Assembly: GCA_964587725.1 (NCBI GenBank)
Contig: CAZPLO010000004.1
Location: 1 to 64,000, forward strand
From: an uncultured archaeon
GTDB taxonomy: Archaea; Altiarchaeota; Altiarchaeia; IMC4; SCGC-AAA252-I15
Direction of reading: 5' to 3'
DNA length: 64,000 bases
The notes beneath the pieces were generated by a model, which saw only the letters and a list, made by a program, of their open reading frames with translations, was not told the DNA's origin and ran no database searches. A program made the position numbers and the translations under genes. Below, piece by piece: positions 1 through 7,861 of the stretch (positions are counted from its first letter, which is position 1; each line of letters begins with the position of its first letter).

Positions 1-88
1 CGAGCGTACGTGCTAGTCCTCAAAGACTAGCAATTACGCAACACAGCATTAAAATTATTTAAAATTTTTTAGAAACTATTTGGAAAAC

Positions 89-814
89 TCACCGGTACAT
101 GCTGGTTTCGGTGTGCATCTGCTTGTAGTCTTCCTGGCCCTTCTTCAGCTGCTCCATGGTGTCCCTGAACTTCTCCTCAATCTCCTTACCTGTGGCGGTC
201 AAATCCTCCACGTCCACCTTCAAACCCAGTATCTTCTGGAGAATCTTCAGCAGGGACGCCGCGGCAAGTACATCGGGTATGTAGTTGGTCTCCACCATCA
301 ACGACGTCGCAGGTATGCCGTTGGAGCCGCACTTGATTATGAGGCTGCTGGACATCCCCGTCAACACCCCCTCGTCCATGGACTTAACATTCAAGCCCTT
401 GATTTTCTCCTTAAGTTCTTCGTCGGTTGAAACAGCCAGTATCTCATGTTCCTTGTCGGTTTCCACACCGGGGACACTCGCCAAGAGTATCGCCCGCCTG
501 GGCTTCAACTCCTTGAACCAGTCTTCCAAAGCGCATGTGAAGTCGTGTACGAGGTTCAGCGGTATCATGAGTTCTGAGAATATCAACACCACATCGTCTT
601 TCCTGTACAACCTTATGGGGTGCATGGGCCGGCCGTCGTGGACCACAGCCACCACATCCAGCTTGTCCGACTCTATGTGCCCTACATACTGCATGTCCAG
701 CTGCTTTATCATCTGGCTGGCTGCTAGGGTGCTGACGTAGCCTTTGCTGGGGAACGCCTCCACGATTACGGGTTTTTCAGGGAGTTCACCGGTTACCTTA
801 ATGTCAACGGCCAT
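89..814 (-). CDS. PAC2-family proteasome assembly chaperone
   Basis: 241 aa; IVEAFPSKGYVSTLAA, P(I)RLY and PDVLAAA motifs of the archaeal PAC2/PbaB family. Confidence 0.85.
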   Translation of the reverse strand: MAVDIKVTGELPEKPVIVEAFPSKGYVSTLAASQMIKQLDMQYVGHIESDKLDVVAVVHDGRPMHPIRLYRKDDVVLIFSELMIPLNLVHDFTCALEDWFKELKPRRAILLASVPGVETDKEHEILAVSTDEELKEKIKGLNVKSMDEGVLTGMSSSLIIKCGSNGIPATSLMVETNYIPDVLAAASLLKILQKILGLKVDVEDLTATGKEIEEKFRDTMEQLKKGQEDYKQMHTETSMYR

Positions 815-848
815 CGTAACATATTAATCCCGGCCGTTAAATAATAAC

Positions 849-1094
849 ATGACCATCGAAGGCGAAAAGAGAAGCCGGCTTCAGAAGATACGGGACAGGA
901 TAGCCAAAAGAGAGGCTGGTCTGACAGACGACATCGACGACGCCATGAGATCCATCGACCGCGGGAATCCCTCGGGCGGACTCGGAGCCGACAAGCCCAG
1001 ACAGGATCTTTCCCCTGGAGAGGACGAGTCCGAACTAGCCGTCGACCGGGAAGTCAAGGCGTTTCTGAGGAAGAGAGAATATCGACGCATGTGA
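849..1094 (+). CDS. hypothetical protein (81 aa, highly charged)
   Basis: ATG ORF divergent from PAC2 with normal codon usage; no recognisable family. Confidence 0.6.
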   Translation: MTIEGEKRSRLQKIRDRIAKREAGLTDDIDDAMRSIDRGNPSGGLGADKPRQDLSPGEDESELAVDREVKAFLRKREYRRM

Positions 1095-1130
1095 TGCGTA
1101 TTTTAGACAACACTGCCTTTTTTTAACTGT

Positions 1131-2936
1131 ATGGCTCTCAGGGAGAAGGGGTCGGAGGAACCTTTGGAATCGGTGGAGGACTCCAGGGTTCTTTCAGGAG
1201 ATAGACTGAGGAAGACCGCCGAATACGTGCTCTACGGCATGCGGGACCGTGATTGGAGGAACTTCAAGAAACTGGCGGCTGAACGTCTCAACCACCCGTC
1301 CCTCGGCGACGATTTGAAGATTGCCGAGCTGTTCTACCGAAGGGGGTACACCGTAAACGAGATAGACGCCGAGAAACATGGGTTCGGCATCTCCACAGCC
1401 AGCGAAACGAAAAACAGGAAGTACGAGTTCCTGAACTACCTGGTCGGCGACGGGGAGATGAGAAAATTCATTTTAGCCAGGGAATCCGAGCTGGCGATTG
1501 TGCCTGAGGTAACTCGAGAGAGGCTGCATTGGACGGCTGTGAGGATGACGGACGGTGAGAGGGGGGAACTAATAGGCCTTATACCCCGTAACATGATGCT
1601 TGAAAACCGTGTCAGGGACAGGCAGCTGGCTGAAGACTACTTCGGGGCTGAGATGACCGCGGACGAGCTCGCGCAGAAATACATGCTGGGTAAAAACGCG
1701 GTCAAGACTCTCATAGGGAAGTTTCTGGACGGCTGGAGGAGTAACCCAAGGGCTAGAGTGATGGTCCAGGATGCTGTGGAAAGGCTTGAGTCGGTGCCGC
1801 CGCTGACGGAGGAGCAGGTGAGGGAGGTGATGTTCGACCTGAACAAGGAGGAGGTGGCAGAGGTGTTCAGCAGACTGCACCGCTCCACGTGGAAGAAGCC
1901 GGAGGCCATGGACGACCACATATGGACTGCGGGAATTTTCCTGCTCGACAGAGAGGATCTGTACTCGAGAACTCAGAAGGCTACGGGATACAGAGCCAGT
2001 AGGGTGCAGAATGCCGTGGAGGGTGTGGTGAAAAGGATTAGCGAGGAGCCTGATGCCAGGGCTGTGCTGATAAGATACGTGGAAGACATCCACGAGCTCC
2101 GGGAGAAATACGGTGAACGGTTCAGGAAACACTGGGAGGCGACGGGGTACGGGACGTTCAAGCCGACGGGAGAGGTTATCGAAACACTGCAGCCGAAGGT
2201 GGTCGGAGAAGCGGGGCCGCCTGCTAAACGCCCCGACGACAGGCCCGGGGAACACCTGGCCGCCGCGGAAAAAACACCACCCATCAGGACAGGTCACGAT
2301 GATGTGGTCAAACCTTCTGAAAGGAAGATGTTGGCGGAGGAAACAGACCCCACCATAGAGGAGCTCAAGCAGCTGGTCGCCAGGGAGAAGAGGAGGGCGG
2401 CTAGACAGAGGCTTGCCGAGTCCGCCAGAGGCAGAGGGCCGGGGGAGCCGATACACCTGCCCCCGCCTCAGGAGGAAATGGCTGCAGACCTCAGATTAAA
2501 CATTGCCAGACTCACTAAAAGGGCTTCAAAGCTGATTGAGGTGGTAGTGGGTCGCCTGAGACCCGGGGCCGAACGCCCTAAAACAGTTGATGATGCAGTG
2601 GATGCGTTGGAGGCTAGGAAGGAGGAGGTGTGGGCAGCCAGATTCAGGGATGAGGGGGCGGAGGATGAGGTGGCGGGAGTCGAGGCGAGGAAGAGGATAG
2701 TCTGGGCGGAAAAACATGCGGATGACGCCGTTTCTCAGGGCATAGAAAAAGGCATGAGTGCAGCTGAGAGATTGAGGTTGATTAAGGAGAGGCATAGGCT
2801 TCAGAAGGAGAGGAGGGCACGGAAGGGACAGGAGTATACTCCCACGGATGATGACCTGAGAGACCTTGAGGAATGGGAGGAGGACGTCCCCGACGAAGTC
2901 GACCGTATTAAACGTGGTATGGAAGACGAGGACTAG
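1131..2936 (+). CDS. hypothetical protein with three tandem sigma70-region-4-like HTH modules and a charged helical C-terminus
   Basis: 601-aa ORF; repeated patterns IAELFYRRGYTVNEI, LAEDYFGAEMTADELAQKY, TAGIFLLDREDLYSRTQKATGY. Confidence 0.6.
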   Translation: MALREKGSEEPLESVEDSRVLSGDRLRKTAEYVLYGMRDRDWRNFKKLAAERLNHPSLGDDLKIAELFYRRGYTVNEIDAEKHGFGISTASETKNRKYEFLNYLVGDGEMRKFILARESELAIVPEVTRERLHWTAVRMTDGERGELIGLIPRNMMLENRVRDRQLAEDYFGAEMTADELAQKYMLGKNAVKTLIGKFLDGWRSNPRARVMVQDAVERLESVPPLTEEQVREVMFDLNKEEVAEVFSRLHRSTWKKPEAMDDHIWTAGIFLLDREDLYSRTQKATGYRASRVQNAVEGVVKRISEEPDARAVLIRYVEDIHELREKYGERFRKHWEATGYGTFKPTGEVIETLQPKVVGEAGPPAKRPDDRPGEHLAAAEKTPPIRTGHDDVVKPSERKMLAEETDPTIEELKQLVAREKRRAARQRLAESARGRGPGEPIHLPPPQEEMAADLRLNIARLTKRASKLIEVVVGRLRPGAERPKTVDDAVDALEARKEEVWAARFRDEGAEDEVAGVEARKRIVWAEKHADDAVSQGIEKGMSAAERLRLIKERHRLQKERRARKGQEYTPTDDDLRDLEEWEEDVPDEVDRIKRGMEDED

Positions 2937-3877
2937 CTTCTGAAGTGATCGAATCCGCCTGTGAGGGGTTTTTTACCGCCGTCTGAAAGCAGGGTCACTC
3001 CTTCCCCCGCATCCAGTATTTCACCGACGACGGTGACCGGGCAGCCGACATTTATTTTCTTCAGTTTTTTCTCAGGTAGGGTGAACACGAGTTCGAAGTC
3101 TTCGCCGCCGTAGAGGGCGTAGTCGACCGGGTTCTTCCTCATCTTGGCGGCGGACTCCCTGGTGAGGTCTGAAACAGGTATCCTGTCCTCGTGTATTACT
3201 GCGCCGGCGCCGCTCAACCGGCAGATGTGGTTGACTTCGCTGGACAGTCCGTCGGAGACGTCAATCAGCGCGTTGCAGTGTTTGGCTATCGCATGCGACT
3301 CCCGGAGCCTGCATTTGGGCCGCAGATATGCGGAGCAGTCGCCTTCCACGCCTGCCTTCAGCAGCTCCAGGCCTGCGGCGCTTTTGCCCAAGTCCCCGGT
3401 CACGCATATTAGGTCTCCCACGACGGCGTCGCTGCGGAGCGAAAGCAGGTTCTTCTTCACTTCCCCAAGCAGCGCCACGTTCACCACCATGGTGGAGCCG
3501 TGGGTGGTGTCACCTCCGACGACGTTGAAGCCGTATTCGTCCGCCACAGAGTACATGCCCGCATACAGCGAGTCCATGAACTCCACTGAAACGTCGTCGG
3601 GCAGTGAAATGGACACTGCGGCATATGCGGGTGTGCCGCCCATCGCTGCGATGTCTGATACGTTCGACTCCATCGCCTTCACCCCGATGTCCTCCGGAGA
3701 ACTCCAGATGCGGCGGAAGTGGTCTCCGTCACAGAGCATGTCCGACGTGAAAAGGAGGAATCTATCGCCAGTGTAATCCAGCACGGCAGCGTCGTCTCCG
3801 ACTCCAACGACCGCCCCGCCCTTCCGCGCCAAGCGTTCTATGAGGGCGAACTCACCCCCCAGTTCTCTGACTTTCAT
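2933..3877 (-). CDS. thiL: thiamine-monophosphate kinase
   Basis: GEFALI, GVGDDAA, NVSDIAAMGG, GGDTT, DVSDGL, GGEDFEL, GFDHF; start placed at MKVREL. Confidence 0.95.
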   Translation of the reverse strand: MKVRELGGEFALIERLARKGGAVVGVGDDAAVLDYTGDRFLLFTSDMLCDGDHFRRIWSSPEDIGVKAMESNVSDIAAMGGTPAYAAVSISLPDDVSVEFMDSLYAGMYSVADEYGFNVVGGDTTHGSTMVVNVALLGEVKKNLLSLRSDAVVGDLICVTGDLGKSAAGLELLKAGVEGDCSAYLRPKCRLRESHAIAKHCNALIDVSDGLSSEVNHICRLSGAGAVIHEDRIPVSDLTRESAAKMRKNPVDYALYGGEDFELVFTLPEKKLKKINVGCPVTVVGEILDAGEGVTLLSDGGKKPLTGGFDHFRS

Positions 3878-3900
3878 TTCACCATATCCAACATGAACAT

Positions 3901-5424
3901 TCACTCCCACTCCATGGTGGCCGGCGGCTTGTTGGTTATGTCGTACACCACCCGGTTTACGTCCTTTATCTCGTTGGTTATGCGAGTGGACATTTTCTCC
4001 AGCAGCTCGTAGGGGACTTTGCTGAAATTGGCGGTCATCGCGTCCCTCGACTCTATGATGCGTATAACAACAGGGTACTTGTAGCTTCGGCTGTCCCCCT
4101 GTACGCCCACGCTCTTCACCGGCAGCAGCACCGCGAAACCCATCCAGTAGTCATTGTATAAGTTGGCATTCCGGAGCTCATCCTCTATTATGTACGACGC
4201 CCTGCGGGCTATCTCCGCCTTCTCGGGAGTCACCTCCCCGAGGACGCGGATGCCTATTCCAGGCCCTGGGAACACGTGCCTTGTGATAATCTCGCCCGGC
4301 ATATTAAGCCGCCTGGCTATGCCGCGGACCTCGTCCTTGTATAGGTCGCGGAGGGGCTCGTATATTTCCAGCTTCATGTCCTCCTTAAGGCCGCCGACGT
4401 TGTGGTGCGACTTAATGTTGTCCGAGTGCTCCGTTATGCCGGATTCTATTCGGTCGCTGTATATGGTGCCCTGGACCAGCACCTCCGCGCCTAGTTCCTC
4501 GGCCTCCTCCTCGAATATGTCCACGAATAAATTGCCGATAATCCTCCTCTTCTCCTCAGGGTCCGTGACACCCTTCAACGCGCTGAAGAAACGGTCCGCC
4601 GCCCGGACTATCCTGAAGTCCATGTCCTTGCCTGAGAACGCGTCCTCCATGAACGCGGTCTCACGGTAACGCATCAATCCCGTGTCGACGTACACCGCCG
4701 TCAGGTTATCGCCTATGGCTTTGCTCACCAGCACCGCGGCGGTGCTGGAGTCTACGCCGCCCGACAACCCTATTATGGCTTTCCTGTCCCGTATCACCGT
4801 CCTCGCCTCCTCGACCGCGTTATCTATGAAGTCGCCCATGCTCCAGTCCCTCGACGCCCCGCAGACGTTGACGAAGTTCTCCAGTATCTTCATGCCATCG
4901 ACGGTGTGCGTAACTTCAGGGTGGAACTGGACTCCGTAGACCCTTTTTTCGGGGTTGGCGTACGCCGCTACGGGAGAGTGCTCTGTGGAGGCGAGCTTAA
5001 CGTAGCCTTTGGGGAGCTCTTCAACGACGTCACGGTGGTTCATCCACACGTCCGTCTCCGAACTTACGCCGTTTAGGACTCCATCCTGGCCCTCCACCTT
5101 CATGCATGTGAGTCCGTATTCCCCTGCAACCCCTCCTTCAACCTTACCGCCGTCCATGTGGGCGATGAGCTGGTGGCCGTAGCATATCCCCAGCACCGGA
5201 ACTCCGACATCAAGTATGTCGGGGGACGGGGATGGAGAGTCCCTGTCGTAGACGGATGCTGCGCCGCCGGACAGTATGACACCCTTCAGCCCGTCCAACG
5301 AATTGAGTTTTTCAGCCGGCGTGCCGGGGGGCATGACTTCCGAGTAGACTCCCAGCTCCCTTATCCTGCGCGCTATCAGGTGGCAGTATTGGCCGCCGAA
5401 GTCGAGAACGACTATACGGTCCAT
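3901..5424 (-). CDS. guaA: GMP synthase (glutamine-hydrolysing, fused)
   Basis: DFGGQY, LGICYGHQ, QFHPEV, SGGVDS, IKSHHNVGGL, KPPATMEWE. Confidence 0.97.
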   Translation of the reverse strand: MDRIVVLDFGGQYCHLIARRIRELGVYSEVMPPGTPAEKLNSLDGLKGVILSGGAASVYDRDSPSPSPDILDVGVPVLGICYGHQLIAHMDGGKVEGGVAGEYGLTCMKVEGQDGVLNGVSSETDVWMNHRDVVEELPKGYVKLASTEHSPVAAYANPEKRVYGVQFHPEVTHTVDGMKILENFVNVCGASRDWSMGDFIDNAVEEARTVIRDRKAIIGLSGGVDSSTAAVLVSKAIGDNLTAVYVDTGLMRYRETAFMEDAFSGKDMDFRIVRAADRFFSALKGVTDPEEKRRIIGNLFVDIFEEEAEELGAEVLVQGTIYSDRIESGITEHSDNIKSHHNVGGLKEDMKLEIYEPLRDLYKDEVRGIARRLNMPGEIITRHVFPGPGIGIRVLGEVTPEKAEIARRASYIIEDELRNANLYNDYWMGFAVLLPVKSVGVQGDSRSYKYPVVIRIIESRDAMTANFSKVPYELLEKMSTRITNEIKDVNRVVYDITNKPPATMEWE

Positions 5425-5470
5425 GGATGAAAGTATTATGGTGGAGGATTATTAAAGAAGCCGGGGGTTT

Positions 5471-5503
5471 GGTGGCGTGCTGTGGGCGACACGCCACCTT
5501 TTT
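5471..5503. terminator. GC-rich hairpin with adjacent T-tract, between the small ORF and the guaA promoter
   Basis: ggtggcgtg (5471-5479) and cacgccacc (5490-5498) form a perfect 9-bp stem, followed by ttttt on +. Confidence 0.45.
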
Positions 5504-5528
5504 CTCGGTGTGGATGGCTTGTGTGGTC

Positions 5529-5681
5529 TTACCTTGGTTTCAGGACGAGGTTTCCTGTGTCGTATGTTCTCCGCGGGTAGAGCATGCCTTCCCCCCTGTA
5601 GGCCGCCCTAACCAAGAGGTGAAGTAAGTACGCCATCAGGTACACGGTCGCTACGTACATCAAAGTTAACGCTGCTTCCAT
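5529..5681 (-). CDS. small single-pass membrane protein (50 aa; below ORF-track cutoff)
   Basis: MEAALTLMYVATVYLMAYLLHLLVRAAYRGEGMLYPRRTYDTGNLVLKPR*; GGGGTGA Shine-Dalgarno just upstream. Confidence 0.6.
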   Translation of the reverse strand: MEAALTLMYVATVYLMAYLLHLLVRAAYRGEGMLYPRRTYDTGNLVLKPR

Positions 5682-5746
5682 TTGTTCACCCCATCCTCAT
5701 ACACTATTATGGTGTCCCTAGCTATGAGTTTAAGCTGAAAACAGTG

Positions 5747-6373
5747 TCAGATTAGTGTTATTTTGGTGTCAACAGCAGTCTTCAGGAGACCGTCCATGTC
5801 GAGCACGGCCTCCTGGGCCCGTATGTCCTCCAACAGGGCTTCAGTGGATGGTTGTTTGGGCACGAACGGGCATGAAACCGACTTTCTGGAGGATATTTCA
5901 TATGTGCCGATGTCCCTCGCAACCTTGATGGCGTCCTCCTTGTCGAATCCTATCAGCGGCCGTATCACCGGCAGTTCAACGGATTCATCCAATACTAGGA
6001 GGTTCTGCAGGGTCTGGGACGCCACCTGCCCCAGGGATTCCCCCGTGAATATGCAGTCGGCGCCGATTTCACCAGCCAGCGCCTCTGCGGCACGGTACAT
6101 GAAACGCTTGCAGAGGATGCAGTGGTACCGGGGGTTGCATTTCCCCGCCACGGCTTCATGGAATGATGCGTTGGACATCGACGTCAGAGGAAGTTTTGTG
6201 CCCGCAGCCTTCGTTATCTGCTTCGCCAAATCCACGGCCTTGTCGACGCCTGCGTCGTCTGTGTGGGGGCGGGCGTCCGTGTGGAGGGCGTGGACTTCAA
6301 CACCCCTCTTAAGCATCAGGTAGGATGCGACAGGAGAGTCTATGCCGGAAGAGAACAACGCAACAGCCTTCAT
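5747..6373 (-). CDS. ThiI-like sulfurtransferase, PP-loop domain only (no THUMP)
   Basis: SSGIDSPVA PP-loop, CILCKR, TGESLGQVASQT, distal CPFVP; only 208 aa. Confidence 0.85.
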   Translation of the reverse strand: MKAVALFSSGIDSPVASYLMLKRGVEVHALHTDARPHTDDAGVDKAVDLAKQITKAAGTKLPLTSMSNASFHEAVAGKCNPRYHCILCKRFMYRAAEALAGEIGADCIFTGESLGQVASQTLQNLLVLDESVELPVIRPLIGFDKEDAIKVARDIGTYEISSRKSVSCPFVPKQPSTEALLEDIRAQEAVLDMDGLLKTAVDTKITLI

Positions 6374-7506
6374 GCGAATTCTTCCACTATTTCCTTGAAA
6401 GCCCGCGCAACATGCTCCACCTGTGCGCGGGTTTTACCGTAGGTGCTGAGTTTGAAGTGTTTCGTCAACCCGGCCTTTATTCCGACCACACCCCGCTTCT
6501 TCAGCTCGCTGTACAGGTAGTAGTTTTTCTTCTTATGGGTCTCGGATATTTTGTAAAGTACGTCTGATTCGACGAAGTTGACGTCGTGTTCCGTGGGCTT
6601 CACACCCAACTGGTTTATCCCGATTTTCCCTAGCTCCTCCATCAGCCAGCGGGCGTTCCCGACCTCACTGCTCCAGTTTTCCACCCGCTCCTTCACCCGA
6701 GGGTAACTGGCCATCAATGCGACGGTTGCGGAGCCGCGTGTGGAACACCCGAGTATCTCCAGCGTCTTCACGTCGTATGCGCTGCTGCGCCTGAACACTT
6801 TGTCAGCCCATTCATCCGTGACCGCCAGTAATCCGATGTTGCCTCCGCCTGTGGCCCAGCTCTTGTGGCAGGAGCAGGCTATGAAGTCCGCGCCGATTCT
6901 TCCGCCGTCTATGGGCATCCGCCCCGACGAGTACGCGGTGTTCAGGAGGTAGGGGACTCCGCTTTCCCGGCAGATTTCCCCGGCCCTTTCGGCGTCGACG
7001 ACGTTGCCGTAGCTGCCGTCCACGTGTGTGAGTATTGCCGCCGCGGGCATGGAACCGGTTTCCTCTTTCACTTTGGCGAACGCTTCGGCGTAGCCTTCTG
7101 GGTCAATCCCGTACTCAGGAGGCCCGTTTGATTTGACCTCGTATATCCTCAGGCCTGCCCTCTCAGCGGCCACGTATGTGGTGTAGTGTTTGTTGCCGTC
7201 CACGACCACCGCGTCTCCGGGCTTGGTTATCGAGTGGAGTACCGCATACTTCGCCTCCCTGCAGCCGTTGGTGAGTAATGCGGCGTCCATGCCCAGGAAT
7301 TCTGCGACGTCGGCGAGGAAGCCCTTCACCGGCGGCTTGTCTATGCTGCACAGGTCCCCGCTGCACCAGTCGCAGACGCTGTATCCGTCCACGTAGGATG
7401 AAACTGCCTTCCGGGTTTCCGCGTACGTCCTGCCCGCGGTCTGGAGGGGGTTGATGTTGACGTAGTCCTCCTCCCTGTCCCTCAACTCCATGTCGGCGAC
7501 CTTCAT
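6370..7506 (-). CDS. pscS: O-phospho-L-seryl-tRNA:Cys-tRNA synthase (SepCysS)
   Basis: INPLQTAGR, DGYSVCDWC, HYT, NTAYS, SCHKS (PLP Lys), LGCSTRG. Confidence 0.93.
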   Translation of the reverse strand: MKVADMELRDREEDYVNINPLQTAGRTYAETRKAVSSYVDGYSVCDWCSGDLCSIDKPPVKGFLADVAEFLGMDAALLTNGCREAKYAVLHSITKPGDAVVVDGNKHYTTYVAAERAGLRIYEVKSNGPPEYGIDPEGYAEAFAKVKEETGSMPAAAILTHVDGSYGNVVDAERAGEICRESGVPYLLNTAYSSGRMPIDGGRIGADFIACSCHKSWATGGGNIGLLAVTDEWADKVFRRSSAYDVKTLEILGCSTRGSATVALMASYPRVKERVENWSSEVGNARWLMEELGKIGINQLGVKPTEHDVNFVESDVLYKISETHKKKNYYLYSELKKRGVVGIKAGLTKHFKLSTYGKTRAQVEHVARAFKEIVEEFA

Positions 7507-7676
7507 TTCAGTTTCTCCAGCTTCTTCACGGCGGCGTCCAGTTTCTTCAACGCGGCATCCAATCTCCCCTTCTGCTCGTCCGTGAGCTCGTGTTCGGGTG
7601 CGGTTTCACGCAGGATTTCGCGGACGTCCTCAAGCGCGAACAGCGCCTCGAATACCGCCGCAGTCTCGTTCGACAT
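7503..7676 (-). CDS. SepCysE N-terminal-like small partner of SepCysS (SepCysSn-type)
   Basis: 57-aa helical protein; LRETAPEHELTDE resembles the KAPKHELNEE motif I recall from SepCysE; overlaps the pscS start. Confidence 0.75.
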   Translation of the reverse strand: MSNETAAVFEALFALEDVREILRETAPEHELTDEQKGRLDAALKKLDAAVKKLEKLK

Positions 7677-7719
7677 CGTGTGTATGTATTGTGTTTTCAG
7701 TAGAAAAATAATATACACA

Positions 7720-7861
7720 CAAAGATATTTCTTTATAAATAATTTAAAAAAATATTATGCATTTGTAAATAATTTATTTTTGAATAAAAAATCGGATATT
7801 TATTCATTTATGAATAATATGCAGATGTGCATAAAAATGCAAGTAGAATATGCATAAATAA
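7720..7861 (-). promoter_or_regulatory. very AT-rich upstream region of the SepCysS operon
   Basis: almost GC-free stretch with several TGCA-core words and the palindrome tattcat-tt-atgaata at 7801-7816. Confidence 0.5.

Noticed and set aside
5427-5740. SRP RNA, RNase P RNA or purine riboswitch upstream of guaA
   Set aside because: No conserved motifs recognised; the region is explained by a small ORF plus one hairpin
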